The notes under the pieces: generated by a model | What the model was told of the DNA's origin: nothing | The model's input: only the letters and a program-made list of their open reading frames with translations | Databases searched by the model: none | Origin: Candidatus Uhrbacteria bacterium | GTDB lineage: Bacteria; Patescibacteriota; Patescibacteriia; UBA9934; GWF2-40-263 | Assembly: GCA_026395055.1 (NCBI GenBank) | Contig: JAPLZK010000002.1 | Coordinates: 56,940-120,939 of the forward strand | DNA: 64,000 nucleotides | Direction: 5' to 3' | Part shown: positions 45,932 through 58,131 of the stretch, in pieces | How the letters are laid out: each line of letters starts with the position of its first letter | How positions within the stretch are numbered: the first letter of the stretch is position 1 | Program-made: the position numbers and the translations under genes

Positions 45932-46145
45932 ATGGTTCGAGAGAGTCACCTCCAAAGTACTTGTCGTACAGTTCTCCGAGGGTAGGAATGTACTCAGCGC
46001 CGCTTCGAACGATGTCTGTCTGCCGTTCAAGGAGAGCACGTTGAACTTCCATCGCATCGATGATGTCTGGATCCGTTCCCTCAAGCCGCTTCGCAAGGTC
46101 AGGAGGGAGTCGCTTGATAAGAAGCAGAGGTTGCTTCTGAGCCAT
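45918..46145 (-). CDS. hypothetical small protein
   Basis: AAAGGAGGAG SD then ATG (MAQKQPLL); 75 aa. Confidence 0.3.
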   Translation of the reverse strand: MAQKQPLLLIKRLPPDLAKRLEGTDPDIIDAMEVQRALLERQTDIVRSGAEYIPTLGELYDKYFGGDSLEPSTHV

Positions 46146-46253
46146 GACTCCTCCTTTGTGCATGGAAGGGAGTACAGAACCTACCATGTGAAGTGGAAGC
46201 CGTCAATGTATTTATGGTCATATAAAAGAAAACAGGGCAAAAGCCCTGTTTTT

Positions 46254-47987
46254 TTATGCGCTTTCTCCTGCGACACGTAGGATTTCTTCAACGGTCGTGA
46301 GACCGTCGAGAACTTTTAAAATTCCGTCTTGTTGCATAGTGGTCATTCCTTGTTTCTTTGCGAGTTCACGAACTTCATATTCCGAGATCTTTTCAGACAT
46401 AGCAGCTTTGATCTCTTCGCTCATGGTGAGAATCTCGTAAATACCGAGTCGGCCTTTGTAACCGGATTTATTGCATGCATCACAACCTTTTCCTTTGAAA
46501 AACTTCCATTCTGCTTCTGGGGCAACAACCTCTCCGGATTCGGTGGGAATGGTACTGGTAACTTTTTTGACGAACTCGAGCTGTTCTGGCGTGAGCTGAA
46601 CTTGTTCCTTACAGTTTGTGCAGACTTTTCTTGTGAGGCGTTGACCGATGATGGCGTTCAGTGCTGGAGCGAGCAAGAAAGGCTTTACTCCCATGGAAAT
46701 GAAACGGGGAACCGCTCCGGCTGCGTCGTTTGTGTGAAGGGTGGAAAGAAGTAAGTGACCCGTCAGAGCGGCGTTGATGGCAACGTCTGCTGTTTCAAGG
46801 TCGCGAATTTCTCCGACCATGACAATGTCTGGATCTTGTCTCAGAATGGATCTGAGACCACCAGCAAATGTGTAATTTTTTGCGTGGTCGATTTGAGATT
46901 GGTTGATTCCTTCCAGCTTATACTCGACTGGATCTTCAAGGGTGATGATTTTTACGCCGGGTGTATTTAACTTACGAAGAATTGCGTACAGAGTTGTTGT
47001 CTTACCAGAACCCGTCGGTCCGGTTGTCATGACCATTCCGTGAGGTTTTTCGATCTCCTTCAATAATCGTTTTTCGGCGAGCGGACGATAACCTAGCTGT
47101 GAGAACTCTACGTTAATGGCACTTGGTTTCAAGATACGCATAACGACAGATTCTCCGTACGCGGTTGGGATGGTTGAAACACGAACGTCTGTGTCGCCTG
47201 ATTTAAGAAAAATGGTGAAGCGTCCGTCTTGTGGGCGATCTACGACGTTGATTTTAAGTCCGGAAATAAGTTTGATGCGTGCAATGATTTTTTTCCAAAG
47301 GTCTGCACCAAGTGACGCGACTTCTTGCAAGATTCCATCAATACGCAAACGAATAATGATTTTCTTTTCTTCTGCTTCAATGTGAATGTCAGACGTTCCG
47401 AATTGGAGGGCGGCCGCAATGACGATGGTAATGATGTCTGTAATTGAGGCGGAACCAATGACGCCTTGAACATCTCCGTATGATTTCATGCTCGCTTGGA
47501 AGGTTTCGAGCTCATCATCCGTAATCTTTACACCTTTGATGATGGCTTTAATCATGGGAAGCGTGTCATATGCTTTGATGGCCACACGAAGACTTTCTTC
47601 AGAAATTTGATAGATCCCACCGTTTGCTTTTGTGCGTTCGCCAATTTGGTACACAAGTTCTTTTACTTGTGGGCTTTTTGGATCAACCGCTGCCAAGCGA
47701 ACTTCTGTTCCTGTGTACAAAAAACAAATCGTTTTGAGCGATTCTGCTTGTTCTTTTGGAACTTGTCTTAGTGCGTCTGGAGAAATAGGGAACCCTTTGA
47801 GGTTCACATATGGAATCCCTGCTTTTTTTGCGATCAGGTCTGTTTCTGATTCTTTCTCTTTCAGACGAACCTCATGCATTTTTTCTGTGAGAGCAGATGT
47901 TGCCGTTGGTGTTCCAGTGTCTGCGGCGGCATTCTTTGCGCCCACGTGCTGCAGCAAGTCTTCGATGCTTTGGGTATCATTCGACAT
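46254..47987 (-). CDS. pilB: type IV pilus assembly / type II secretion ATPase (PilB/GspE family)
   Basis: Walker A TGPTGSGKTTTLYA, GspE signature, C-terminal CxxC...CxxC. Confidence 0.85.
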   Translation of the reverse strand: MSNDTQSIEDLLQHVGAKNAAADTGTPTATSALTEKMHEVRLKEKESETDLIAKKAGIPYVNLKGFPISPDALRQVPKEQAESLKTICFLYTGTEVRLAAVDPKSPQVKELVYQIGERTKANGGIYQISEESLRVAIKAYDTLPMIKAIIKGVKITDDELETFQASMKSYGDVQGVIGSASITDIITIVIAAALQFGTSDIHIEAEEKKIIIRLRIDGILQEVASLGADLWKKIIARIKLISGLKINVVDRPQDGRFTIFLKSGDTDVRVSTIPTAYGESVVMRILKPSAINVEFSQLGYRPLAEKRLLKEIEKPHGMVMTTGPTGSGKTTTLYAILRKLNTPGVKIITLEDPVEYKLEGINQSQIDHAKNYTFAGGLRSILRQDPDIVMVGEIRDLETADVAINAALTGHLLLSTLHTNDAAGAVPRFISMGVKPFLLAPALNAIIGQRLTRKVCTNCKEQVQLTPEQLEFVKKVTSTIPTESGEVVAPEAEWKFFKGKGCDACNKSGYKGRLGIYEILTMSEEIKAAMSEKISEYEVRELAKKQGMTTMQQDGILKVLDGLTTVEEILRVAGESA

Positions 47988-48045
47988 AAAACAAAAACTG
48001 AAGATAATTCTTCTTCAGTTTACTTGTTTTTCCGGATCGCTGCAA

Positions 48046-49035
48046 TTAGGAACGTTGAAACATTCTAAGGAGTTTTGCGAGAGGAAGCTTGGGGTGTGAA
48101 CGGTGTCCTGTGCGTTTATAAAAGAGATACCAGGCACTGTATTGGAATGTCACCATTCCTCCTCCGAAGGCGAATACGACGAGGAGGGCGAAGAGTCCAT
48201 AAAGGACGTTTGCGATCACAAAGATGACGAAGGATCCTGTGAGAAGGGATGTTGTGTAAACAAGTGCGTAGGGAACACTGAGTGCAATGACGAGTCCAAG
48301 AAGAACGAAACAAGAAAGGCTGATCAGACAAAATACAATAAATGCGTATTCAAGGGTTGCAAGCCAGTGCGTTTTGAAAATGTCCCACGAGGTTGCAATA
48401 GCTTCTGCAACGGTTGATTCTGTTTCTATGACATGAATAACCGAGAGAATGGAAAGAATGCTTAAAATGAGAACGGCAGGGAAGAAGATCAGAATTTGAA
48501 CGAAGGCGATGGAAAAACTGTAAGAAGAATGTTGTGTGTAATACCAAAGCATTGGGAGGGTTGTGACGCAAACTAAGATGGCACCAAGAATTTTTGTCAG
48601 AAAATCTATTGCGAAGATGCGAAAGAGGTGGTCATGTGCGCGCTTGCGAATGATGTTTGGGTGTTCATGTGTTGGAGCCTTGATTCCATGGACAAGGGAA
48701 GTTTGCGAAAGAACCGCAAGAAACAAGAGACCAATAACAATGAGCATCATACAGATGATCATGGCACCAATCTGAAATGAACCAAATGTGCGGAGTTGGC
48801 CAACGTATTGGCCCATCATCGTGTACCCAGAGAATGACGTGTCGAGTAATTGGCGCATGAGGGATCCGCCAAGTTGAACGCGACGAATGCCTGTTGTCGC
48901 AACGTCCATAACACCACCCGTTGAAACGAATGCAGCAAAGATACCAAAAATCCACAGCGTTTTACGTTGCCAGGTGAGGCGCCACGCCTCACGCAAAAGC
49001 GTACGATAAATCGCTGTGGAATTTTTGTCGTTCAT
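48046..49035 (-). CDS. hypothetical polytopic membrane protein
   Basis: about eight hydrophobic helices; start uncertain (longer ORF overlaps ftsH 3' end). Confidence 0.35.
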   Translation of the reverse strand: MNDKNSTAIYRTLLREAWRLTWQRKTLWIFGIFAAFVSTGGVMDVATTGIRRVQLGGSLMRQLLDTSFSGYTMMGQYVGQLRTFGSFQIGAMIICMMLIVIGLLFLAVLSQTSLVHGIKAPTHEHPNIIRKRAHDHLFRIFAIDFLTKILGAILVCVTTLPMLWYYTQHSSYSFSIAFVQILIFFPAVLILSILSILSVIHVIETESTVAEAIATSWDIFKTHWLATLEYAFIVFCLISLSCFVLLGLVIALSVPYALVYTTSLLTGSFVIFVIANVLYGLFALLVVFAFGGGMVTFQYSAWYLFYKRTGHRSHPKLPLAKLLRMFQRS

Positions 49036-49048
49036 ATATCCGATAAGA

Positions 49049-50893
49049 TTATGCCGTGTACGTAGCTTGTACAGCATTGCTTCCGGAAAAGAGTGCGTCG
49101 AATTCTTCTTTTTCAAGAACTTCTTTTTCAAGAAGTGCTTTCGCAATCTTATCCAGGTGCATTTTTTCTTTTCGGATTATACCACGAGTTGTTTCAAGCG
49201 CGCCATTGACGAGTTTCTCAACTTCAAGGTCAATGAGCTCTGCAGTCTTTTCAGAATAGTTTCTTTGTTCATGGATTTCTTTTCCAAGAAAAACCATTTC
49301 TTGATGTTCTCCAAATACGCGAGGCCCGAGTGTTTCACTCATTCCATAGCGTGTAACGAGTTCGCGTGCAAGACGTGTGCATTTACGAAGATCATCAGAG
49401 GCACCTGTTGTGACATCTCCGAATGTTTCTTTTTCTGCAACGAATCCTCCGAGCATCACCGCGAGGTCTGCAAGGAAGTCTGCACGTTTGTGAAGATGTT
49501 TGTCTTCACCCGGAACTTTCATAGTGTACCCACCGGCAGATCCACGTGGAATAATGGAAACTTTGTGAACAGGATCAGAATTGGGAAGGATGTGCGCAAT
49601 GATGGCGTGTCCTGCTTCATGATACGCCGTGACCTTCTTTTCTTCTTTGCTCATGACAGAACTTCTACGTTCCGGTCCAAGCATGACTTTTTCAATGGAA
49701 TCGAGAACGTCTTCTTGTGTGACCTTTGTGTCATTGCGACGAGCGGCGCGAATGGCCGCTTCATTGAGAAGATTCATCAGATCCGCTCCGGCCATTCCGG
49801 CTGTGCGTTCTGCTACGCGGCGCAAATTGATTTCTGCGACGAGCGGTTTGTTTTTTGCGTAGATAGTGAGAATTGCCTCACGTTCGTTGATGTCCGGGAG
49901 ATCCAGGATCACGCGACGATCAAAACGTCCTGGGCGAAGAAGCGCTGGGTCCAAGACATCTGGGCGGTTTGTTGCCGCAATAACGATGACGCCAATGTTT
50001 GCATCAAAGCCATCCATTTCAACCAAGATTTGGTTTAATGTTTGTTCACGTTCGTCATGAGATCCACCGAGTCCGGAACCGCGCTGGCGACCAACGGCAT
50101 CAATTTCATCAATGAAGATGATACATGGCGCTGTTTTCTTTGCGCGTGCAAAGAGATCGCGTACGCGAGATGCTCCAACCCCCACAAACATTTCAACGAA
50201 TTCTGATCCGCTCATGTGGTAGAAGGGAACACCCGCTTCACCCGCAACCGCGCGAGCAAGCAATGTTTTTCCGGTTCCTGGGCGACCCATGAGCAGAACT
50301 CCTTTTGGAATTTTTGCTCCGAGGTCGACGAATTTTTTTGGACTCTTTAAAAATTCAACGACTTCTTGCAATTCTTCTTTGGATTCTTTTGCTCCGGCAA
50401 CGTCTGCAAATGTAACTTTTTGTTTTTGGTCTTTGTTAAATTCTTTTGCGTTTGAATTTCCAAATTGCATGGCTTTACTGTTTGCCCCTTGCATCTGGCG
50501 AAGCATGAACCAAAACACGATGATGAGAAGAAACAACGGAAGGAGTGATGGCAAGATAACGCCAAGAATATACGATTGCGTTGATCGGTCCTTTACGGTG
50601 ATGTTCGCATTACGTAATTGTTCCGCTGTGACTCCGTAATCAATAAAGACTTCCGGAAGAGATACGTTGGATTCTTTGCGTGTTACCTGTTTTGCACCGT
50701 CCTTGAGGGTGACTTGGATGTCTGTTCCCTCAATATCAACAGCCTGTACACTTCCATTTTGAATTTCTTCAACCACTTTCGCGATATTCACATCTTCCGG
50801 TTTGTCTTTTTTGAAGGTGTAGTTTGAGAAGACAATCGCAATCAGGAGGATTGCAAGAATCGCCACAATGACGTTTTTTGAAAGAGGTTTCAT
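49049..50893 (-). CDS. ftsH: ATP-dependent zinc metalloprotease FtsH
   Basis: N-terminal [23 protein letters not shown] zinc motif. Confidence 0.9.
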   Translation of the reverse strand: MKPLSKNVIVAILAILLIAIVFSNYTFKKDKPEDVNIAKVVEEIQNGSVQAVDIEGTDIQVTLKDGAKQVTRKESNVSLPEVFIDYGVTAEQLRNANITVKDRSTQSYILGVILPSLLPLFLLIIVFWFMLRQMQGANSKAMQFGNSNAKEFNKDQKQKVTFADVAGAKESKEELQEVVEFLKSPKKFVDLGAKIPKGVLLMGRPGTGKTLLARAVAGEAGVPFYHMSGSEFVEMFVGVGASRVRDLFARAKKTAPCIIFIDEIDAVGRQRGSGLGGSHDEREQTLNQILVEMDGFDANIGVIVIAATNRPDVLDPALLRPGRFDRRVILDLPDINEREAILTIYAKNKPLVAEINLRRVAERTAGMAGADLMNLLNEAAIRAARRNDTKVTQEDVLDSIEKVMLGPERRSSVMSKEEKKVTAYHEAGHAIIAHILPNSDPVHKVSIIPRGSAGGYTMKVPGEDKHLHKRADFLADLAVMLGGFVAEKETFGDVTTGASDDLRKCTRLARELVTRYGMSETLGPRVFGEHQEMVFLGKEIHEQRNYSEKTAELIDLEVEKLVNGALETTRGIIRKEKMHLDKIAKALLEKEVLEKEEFDALFSGSNAVQATYTA

Positions 50894-50931
50894 AAGTTTG
50901 GGGTTGAGTTCGAAAGAAGGGAGAGAAGGAA

Positions 50932-52077
50932 TTACTCTGCGGCAACTTCCGTAGCGGGTGTTTCAGCTGGAGCTTCTGCAGGTGTTTCTGTTGATGGTTC
51001 ACTCTTTGTTTTGAGCGAGAGACCAAGACGGTGTTCTTTTGGTTCAATAGAGACGATTTTGAAGGACATGACGTCTCCTGGTTTTGCAATTTGTGTGACG
51101 TCTGTAACAGGTTTGTCTGAAAGTTCTGAAACGTGCGCGAGGCCATGAATTTCAGGATCAAGTTCTACAAACAATCCAAATGGGTTTACTTTCAAAACAG
51201 TTCCTTGAACCATTTCTCCAATTTTGTATTTTTCTGCAACAGCTGCCCATGGATCTTGGATCAATTTCTTCATAGACAAGAAGATCTTGCTTCCTTCAAT
51301 TCCGATGATCTCTGCTTTGACGGTTTGACCAATCTTAAGTAAATCGCGTGGATGATCAATTCGTTGCCATGCAATTTCTGAGATGTGTACAAGACCTTCC
51401 AAAGAATCAAACTTCACGAATGCTCCGAAGTCTGCAACGGCCGTGACTTCACCTTCGATAATGTCTCCAACACCGAACTTAGAGATGACATTCTTTTGAG
51501 TGTCTTCCCAAACGGTTTTTTCAGAAACGATCATTTTTTCTTCTACTTCATTTACGTCAATGACGCGAACATTCATTTTTGTTCCAACGTATGAGCGCAA
51601 TTTTTCAAGAATTTTGTTCTTGTCTCCACCGCTTACGCGTGGATAGTGTTCTGGAGAGAGTTGAGAAACAGGCAAGAATCCTGTGATGTTTTGCACAGCC
51701 ACAATGAGTCCACCTTTGTTTGCTTCCAAAATTTTGACATCAAATGTTTCACCGGTTGTGAACAAGCGGCGCAATTCTTCCCAGGCTTTCTTTTGACCTG
51801 CAAAGCGGAAGGAAAGTTCCATTTCTCCGTTTTCGTTTTCAAGTTCGATCACGGTTGCTTCAACTTCGCTTCCTGCTTTCATGTCTCCAACTTCTGTACC
51901 GCCCGTGAAAAGCTCACGACCGCGCACAACTCCTGTTGCGATTCCGTTCAAATCGATACGGATCTCACGACGTCCGGATCCGACGATCTTTCCGGTTACG
52001 ACGTCTCCCACCTTGGGGATATTTAAATATTGTCCTTCTTCCATCAGTTTTTGAAACTCTGTCTGTGTGTCCTTCAT
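50932..52077 (-). CDS. rpsA: 30S ribosomal protein S1 (4 S1 domains)
   Basis: repeated S1 motifs (VGDVVTGKI, VEG...G, GLAHVSEL); start at MKDTQTEF, longer ORF upstream lacks homology. Confidence 0.8.
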   Translation of the reverse strand: MKDTQTEFQKLMEEGQYLNIPKVGDVVTGKIVGSGRREIRIDLNGIATGVVRGRELFTGGTEVGDMKAGSEVEATVIELENENGEMELSFRFAGQKKAWEELRRLFTTGETFDVKILEANKGGLIVAVQNITGFLPVSQLSPEHYPRVSGGDKNKILEKLRSYVGTKMNVRVIDVNEVEEKMIVSEKTVWEDTQKNVISKFGVGDIIEGEVTAVADFGAFVKFDSLEGLVHISEIAWQRIDHPRDLLKIGQTVKAEIIGIEGSKIFLSMKKLIQDPWAAVAEKYKIGEMVQGTVLKVNPFGLFVELDPEIHGLAHVSELSDKPVTDVTQIAKPGDVMSFKIVSIEPKEHRLGLSLKTKSEPSTETPAEAPAETPATEVAAE

Positions 52078-52527
52078 ACAAAAATATTCCGCCAGACGGC
52101 ATCGATTGTATGAGACCCCTGAAAAAGTAGCAGATTTTCGTTGAACGGGCTGTTGATCCCCACGAAACGTAGGATTTCTACGTAGAGTGGGGTCAACGGG
52201 CGCCCGTGAAACGAAAAGATGCGCTTTTGCAGTGGTCTCATGATCGAAACGGTCCAACGGGGCTAGGATTAATAAGTGAAGGAAGTGTAATAGATATGGG
52301 GTTTTTTGGCAAGCCACGTCGCTCTCGAGCGACGTGGTAAGCCTTTGTTTGACGCTCACTCTTATTCCACGTATCCTTGTCCTTAATATGTTGATTACTT
52401 CTTCCATTCAAACTTGGTCTGGGTTCGCAGATCAAAGCTGTTTTTAGAGAGGTGATTTGTGTTTAACGCAAACCGCCTCTTTTGGGCGGTTTTTTGTTTC
52501 TCGACGGAGAAACACTAGGAGGTTTCC

Positions 52528-53256
52528 ATGAGTTTAGAGTATTCCGTATCGATCAGTGATTACGTTCAGGTTCTCGAGTCTCGCAAACCTTCGAAGGTTT
52601 TGATCACGGTTCCGCATGATGGACTGTACGGATTCGAACTTGAGCCGTTTCTTTCACCTCGAAAAAACGGGGCAACGCTTCATGACCGCGGTGTTTGGCC
52701 GATTGTGCGCGACATGCTCGGTGTGTGTGGAGCAAATGTGATTCGTGGACTTATGTCTCGGCATTACCTCGACTACAATCGAAATGAGACGGATGCGTTT
52801 GAGTCGCCGCAGTTTCAGTCAAGCTATCAGGCGTATCATGGCCGAATTTTTCATGAGCTGAGGCAAATGCAGAATCGTTTTGGATCTGAGGAGCTTTTGT
52901 TTCTCGATCTGCACGGATTCGGTACACAACCTTCACGTGCGCCGCGTGATGGATTTGATCTTGTATTCGGAACCGGAAATCGCTCTACGATTCCGCATGG
53001 TGAACCGGACCAAGAGCTCGCGCGATTTCTTGAAACACGCGGCTACACAGTGTTCTTGCCGACCGAACAGGTGCAGCGTCAGCCGTTTGATCCTCTGAAT
53101 GGGGGATTCACGGTTCGTGCGTATGCGCGTGAACTTGGTGTGAACGCGATCCAGATCGAAATCGCTCCGCGCTTTCGACATCGCAACTCCGCGATGCTCG
53201 GCACGCGGCTTTCAAATGATCTTGCCACGTTCCTTGCGGAACGGTACGCGATCTAA
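52528..53256 (+). CDS. N-formylglutamate amidohydrolase-family protein
   Basis: VLITVPHDG, LDLHGFG motifs of FGase-like zinc hydrolases; AGGAGG SD. Confidence 0.45.
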   Translation: MSLEYSVSISDYVQVLESRKPSKVLITVPHDGLYGFELEPFLSPRKNGATLHDRGVWPIVRDMLGVCGANVIRGLMSRHYLDYNRNETDAFESPQFQSSYQAYHGRIFHELRQMQNRFGSEELLFLDLHGFGTQPSRAPRDGFDLVFGTGNRSTIPHGEPDQELARFLETRGYTVFLPTEQVQRQPFDPLNGGFTVRAYARELGVNAIQIEIAPRFRHRNSAMLGTRLSNDLATFLAERYAI

Positions 53257-53706
53257 CTTCTGAACAGGGCATTGCGTCCTGTTTTTTTCTTTATCAAAAA
53301 ACTCGACCATGGGTCGAGGAGAGAAGAGCTGATGTGCGAAAGATTTGGAAGTGTGATCGACTACCGTGCGGGCAATCGTTCTTCCATGGTGCGAATGAGT
53401 CGGTTCATTGCTTCTGTTTGTTCCTTGATCGCTCTTGTCTGCTGATCAATGGATTCTTTGATGCCGGATTGTGTGGAAGCAACGGCATCGATCTTGTCTT
53501 TTGCCGATTCAACTTTCGATCCTGTCGAATTACACATCGACAGGAGAAAGATAAGAACGATCAAAATTTGGTGCCGTCATCCATGTTTCACCTATCTGTC
53601 GCAACGTTGGTTTGGCGACGTGTGAGATTATCGAGACTTGGCTGAATTGTCAATATGACGGGGGTCTTGTACCATATGGGAAGAATTTTCGATTTAACCT
53701 CTTTGT

Positions 53707-54387
53707 ATGTCCCATCCACAAAAAGCTCTCCTTGATGAGTTTCAATATGCCATTCATCATTTTGTCCCAACACTTCCAGAAGAGATTAAAGTTGAAGCAC
53801 AATCCATTCACGATCAGCTTGAATCAGACAAAACCGCGGATGAAGCCATGATTCGTCGTGCATTTCATGATGTTGGGGTAAAAGAATATCCTTACCGTCA
53901 TGCATATGATGAACTCATTCATACAAAAGAAGAGGGAAAGATGAACCAATTGGTTCTCGAACATGTGGACGAGGCCGTTCGTAAAGTTATCGAACCACAT
54001 TTGAATGCAGGAGTTCACCTGGACGAACTTGTTCGCAGTGATTTGCTTGCGGAACATTTAACACCAGAACAAATCTACCAAGTTGTAGACGGTATCGCCG
54101 TCGCAAAATCAAAATTGGGTGAAGCGATTAAGTCTCACGTGAGTGCGGATGCAGCTGCGTATGATGCCCTTTTGAAGAAATGGAATGATCACGTAAAAAT
54201 GATTGAAGGAAAACTCGTGGAGCTTCTCGCGTTTGCAAAGAAAGGTGATGAAGGGCAAGCATCTGAAATCAAAGGCAAAGTTCAAATGTATAAAGAAGGA
54301 TTTTTGGTCACAGAACCAGATCCAGATGAAAAAGAGATTGAAGAAGAGATTAGTTATTGGAAAGAAACGTTTGCAGAGGAAGGATAG
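53707..54387 (+). CDS. hypothetical protein
   Basis: 226 aa; sigma70-like promoter TTGTCA-N17-TACCAT upstream. Confidence 0.4.
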   Translation: MSHPQKALLDEFQYAIHHFVPTLPEEIKVEAQSIHDQLESDKTADEAMIRRAFHDVGVKEYPYRHAYDELIHTKEEGKMNQLVLEHVDEAVRKVIEPHLNAGVHLDELVRSDLLAEHLTPEQIYQVVDGIAVAKSKLGEAIKSHVSADAAAYDALLKKWNDHVKMIEGKLVELLAFAKKGDEGQASEIKGKVQMYKEGFLVTEPDPDEKEIEEEISYWKETFAEEG

Positions 54388-54413
54388 GCTTCGTGTGTTA
54401 TAATCTCCCGCGT

Positions 54414-55064
54414 ATGCAAATTATCTGGAACGGACTTTCGTGTTTTGAGATCATTATTACAACGTCAGAAGGGGAGGTAACGCTTGTTACGGATCCGTAT
54501 GACAATGCAACTGGACTTCGTTTTCCTCGTACACTTGAGGCGAACGTCGTTTTGGTTTCGCACGATGAAGAAGATGCAAATAACTTGGCGGCTATTGCGG
54601 GAACACCAAAAGTCATTGATATGCCAGGTGAATTTGAGGTTCGCAATGTCTTTATGTACGGAATAGATGCTCCTTTGAAGCGTGAAGTAAAAGGCGTTCA
54701 TGTGGCAAACTGTCTGTTTCGTGTTGAGGCAGAAGGAATGAACATTGCACATTTGGGATCTTTGGATCGCGCGCTTTCAGACAATGAATTACAAGAGCTC
54801 GCAAATATAGACATTCTTATGGTTCCTGTTGGGGGAGGAGCAGTTCTTTCACCAAAACTTGCGGCAGAAGTGATTGCGCAAATTGAACCACGTGTTGTCA
54901 TTCCAATGACGTTTGAACTTCCAAACCTGAAGGAAGCATTGCAGCCACTCGGTGCATTCATGAAAGAAATGGCAGGTGCAAAGAAAGAAGAGATGAATAA
55001 ATACAAAGTTGCTCGCAAAGATTTGCCAGAAGAAGACATGCTTATTGTGACTCTTTCAAAATAA
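54414..55064 (+). CDS. metallo-beta-lactamase-fold hydrolase (UPF0173-like)
   Basis: MQIIWNGLSCFEI..., VLVSHDEEDA (HxHxDH-like), PVGGG. Confidence 0.55.
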   Translation: MQIIWNGLSCFEIIITTSEGEVTLVTDPYDNATGLRFPRTLEANVVLVSHDEEDANNLAAIAGTPKVIDMPGEFEVRNVFMYGIDAPLKREVKGVHVANCLFRVEAEGMNIAHLGSLDRALSDNELQELANIDILMVPVGGGAVLSPKLAAEVIAQIEPRVVIPMTFELPNLKEALQPLGAFMKEMAGAKKEEMNKYKVARKDLPEEDMLIVTLSK

Positions 55065-55067
55065 CGT

Positions 55068-55424
55068 ATGCAAAAGCGGGTTAAACCTGTTTCTCTTCGA
55101 CCTATGACGCGAGAGCAGAAGCTTTGGCTTGCTTTGACCATCCTGTTGTTTGTGGTGCTTATGGCAGTTGGGTGGTATTACACGGTTGCTCAAACACTCA
55201 AACGCACCTTTGCAGAATCGCATAAAACGATTTCTGTCCAAATCGATGAGACGAAACAACAATTTGTTGGGAAAGAAGATCTGGCACAGAAGACACAAGA
55301 GGCATTTGGGAACATGACACGTTTTTTTCAAAACGCAAATCAGTTTCTGGAACAGAAGCAGCAGGCAGAACAAGTTATTTTAGACAACGTCAAAGAAGAA
55401 CTGAAACAACCTTCAACTCATTGA
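55068..55424 (+). CDS. hypothetical membrane protein
   Basis: 118 aa with one TM helix. Confidence 0.35.
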   Translation: MQKRVKPVSLRPMTREQKLWLALTILLFVVLMAVGWYYTVAQTLKRTFAESHKTISVQIDETKQQFVGKEDLAQKTQEAFGNMTRFFQNANQFLEQKQQAEQVILDNVKEELKQPSTH

Positions 55425-55425
55425 T

Positions 55426-57924
55426 ATGGCAGAAAAAAAACAACTTCCTGAAGAAGAGGTGCAAGACATCACCGCAAGTGGAATCGGTCGCATTGAGCGC
55501 CGAAACATTGCGGATGAAATGCAAACCGCGTACTTAGATTACGCTATGTCTGTGATTGTCGGACGTGCTCTTCCAGATATTCGTGACGGGTTAAAGCCTG
55601 TTCACCGCCGTATTTTATATTCCATGTGGCAAACAGGGTTGCGCTCAAGTGCAAAATTTAAAAAGTGTGCCTCTGTCGTTGGAGATGTGCTTGGAAAGTA
55701 TCACCCACACGGAGATTCTGCTGTGTATGATTCTCTTGTGCGTATGGCGCAAGATTTTTCCATGCGTTATCCACTCATCCGCGGACAAGGAAACTTCGGT
55801 TCGCTCGATGGAGACCCAGCAGCTGCGTACCGATACACAGAAGCAAAACTCGAAACCATCTCAGAAGAACTTTTGGTTGATATTGAAAAAGAAACCGTCG
55901 ACTTCATTCCAAACTTTGACGGAACACATAAAGAACCAAAAGTATTACCTGCAAAACTTCCAAACCTTCTTATCAATGGAACGGTTGGAATTGCCGTTGG
56001 AATGGCGTCCAACATTCCACCACACAACCTCGGTGAGGTTTGTGATGCTGTGCTCGCTTTGATTAAAGATAAGGACACTTCGATTGAAGATCTGTCCGAA
56101 ATCGTAAAGGGGCCAGATTTTCCAACCGGTGGAATCGCCTACAGTAATGCTGATATTAAAACAGCTCTCGCGACTGGTCGTGGGGGAGTGGTTGTGCGTG
56201 GAAAGACAGATATTGTGGAAGACAAAAAAGGAAACTTCGCCATTATCATCACGGAAATTCCATATCAGGTAAACAAAGCAAACTTGCTTATTCGCATTGC
56301 GCAAAATGTGCGCGATAAAAAGATTGAGGGGATTAAAGATCTTCGTGATGAATCCACTTCAGAGGGTGTACGTGTTGTTGTTGAGCTGAAGAAGGATGCA
56401 TATCCAAAAAAAGTTTTGAATCGCTTGTATCAAACAACGCAGCTTCAAGAATCCACGCACTACAATATGCTCGCGCTTGTTGAAGGTGGAATTTTGCCAC
56501 GCGTACTCAACCTCAAGATGATTCTTGAAGAGTATTTGAAGCATCGCCAAGAAGTGGTAAAGCGTCGAACACAATTTGAGCTCACACGCGCGCTTGATCG
56601 CGCGCACATTCTCGAAGGGTTACGCATCGCGCTCGCGCAGATCGATAAGATCATTGCCTGCATCAAAAAGTCCAAAGATAAAGACGAAGCACGTGTTAAC
56701 TTGATCAAACAATTTAAATTGTCGGAAAGACAAGCTGTCGCAATTTTGGACATGCGTTTGCAACAGCTCGCAAACCTTGAAACATTGCGCATCGAACAAG
56801 AGTACGCAGAAAAGATGGCGCTCATCAAAGAGCTTGAGTCTATTCTCGCAAGCGCAAAAAAGATGATGATGGTGATTGCAGAAGAAGTAGAAAGCTTGAA
56901 ACTCAAGTACGCTTCTCCTCGCCGCACACAAATCATCAAATCGGGAATTAAAGAATTCTCCATTGAAGACGTTGTGCCTGACACAGAGACCGTTGTCATG
57001 ATCACAAAAGCTGGATACATCAAACGTATTGATCCTGATACGTTCCGCACGCAAAAACGTGGCGGAAAAGGTGTTGTCGGTATGGCATCCAAGGAAGAAG
57101 ACGAGGTTGAGCAAGTCTTCTCGACCACGACGCACAAAGATCTTTTGTTCTTCACCACACGCGGTCGCGTGTTCCAATTGAAGGCTTACGATGTCCCCGA
57201 AGCTTCTCGCATTGCGAAAGGCCAAGCGCTCGTGAACTTCCTTCAGCTCGCGCCAGGTGAGTCTGTATCCGCGTCGTTGTCTATGGATGAACTCGCGGAT
57301 TCAAAGTTCTTGCTCATGGTGACAAACAAGGGAACCATCAAGAAAACAGACTTGTCCGAGTACGACTCGGTTCGCAAATCTGGACTCATCGCAATTAAGC
57401 TGAAAGACGGCGATAACTTGCAATGGGTTCGTCCAACATCTGGAAAAGATCAGATCATGCTTGTGACATCTGGCGGACAAGCGGTCCGATTCGAAGAAAA
57501 GGGCGTGCGCCCAATGGGTCGCGTCGCATCTGGAGTTCGAGGAATCAAGCTGAAAGGTGATGATTCTGTGGTCGGAATGGGAATCATTCCAGGCTCATCC
57601 TCGAAAAAGCCGGGTGAGAAGGAAATTCTGGTTGTGATGGAAAACGGATACGGCAAACGCTCGGATCTTATCGAATACAAGGTTCAAGGACGTGGTGGAT
57701 CCGGAATTAAAACCGCAAATATCAGCAAAAAGACAGGAAAAATCGTCGCGGCCCACATTGTAGACACCAAAGACGAGCGCGATATGTTCATTATTTCTGG
57801 AGCGGGTCAAGTTATTCGGTCTTCTCTCAGTTCCGTGTCCGTTCTTGGTCGCGCAACCCAGGGAGTTCGCATCATGCGCTTCAAAAAGCCTGATGACACG
57901 GTTGCAAGTGCAGCCCTCATTTAG
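55426..57924 (+). CDS. gyrA: DNA gyrase subunit A
   Basis: [23 protein letters not shown], active-site Tyr region, QRDR-like [14 protein letters not shown]-terminal beta-pinwheel repeats. Confidence 0.9.
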   Translation: MAEKKQLPEEEVQDITASGIGRIERRNIADEMQTAYLDYAMSVIVGRALPDIRDGLKPVHRRILYSMWQTGLRSSAKFKKCASVVGDVLGKYHPHGDSAVYDSLVRMAQDFSMRYPLIRGQGNFGSLDGDPAAAYRYTEAKLETISEELLVDIEKETVDFIPNFDGTHKEPKVLPAKLPNLLINGTVGIAVGMASNIPPHNLGEVCDAVLALIKDKDTSIEDLSEIVKGPDFPTGGIAYSNADIKTALATGRGGVVVRGKTDIVEDKKGNFAIIITEIPYQVNKANLLIRIAQNVRDKKIEGIKDLRDESTSEGVRVVVELKKDAYPKKVLNRLYQTTQLQESTHYNMLALVEGGILPRVLNLKMILEEYLKHRQEVVKRRTQFELTRALDRAHILEGLRIALAQIDKIIACIKKSKDKDEARVNLIKQFKLSERQAVAILDMRLQQLANLETLRIEQEYAEKMALIKELESILASAKKMMMVIAEEVESLKLKYASPRRTQIIKSGIKEFSIEDVVPDTETVVMITKAGYIKRIDPDTFRTQKRGGKGVVGMASKEEDEVEQVFSTTTHKDLLFFTTRGRVFQLKAYDVPEASRIAKGQALVNFLQLAPGESVSASLSMDELADSKFLLMVTNKGTIKKTDLSEYDSVRKSGLIAIKLKDGDNLQWVRPTSGKDQIMLVTSGGQAVRFEEKGVRPMGRVASGVRGIKLKGDDSVVGMGIIPGSSSKKPGEKEILVVMENGYGKRSDLIEYKVQGRGGSGIKTANISKKTGKIVAAHIVDTKDERDMFIISGAGQVIRSSLSSVSVLGRATQGVRIMRFKKPDDTVASAALI

Positions 57925-57975
57925 ACAAAAAGACTGTGGTTTTTGCCACAGTCTTTTGATTTCCCCAATGAATCA

Positions 57976-58004
57976 TTGACATTTTGCGGATTTTATGTTA
58001 TTAT
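57976..58004 (+). promoter_or_regulatory. sigma70-like promoter of DGR target gene
   Basis: TTGACA-N17-TATTAT. Confidence 0.5.
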
Positions 58005-58131
58005 GCCGCGTCATTTGAATCTCGCACAGGGCGATTTTTGGTGACGTGCAGTGTCTACATTTGTTCGCTCCGAGCCTCGCGACGGAATCTCCGTCACAAA
58101 AGCTTGATCGGAACAAAATGCGGAGGAAGTA

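Noticed and set aside
48046-49146. Membrane protein downstream of pilB as PilC/GspF platform protein
   Set aside because: It lacks the paired GspF-domain pattern and typical PilC length and topology; called a hypothetical membrane protein.
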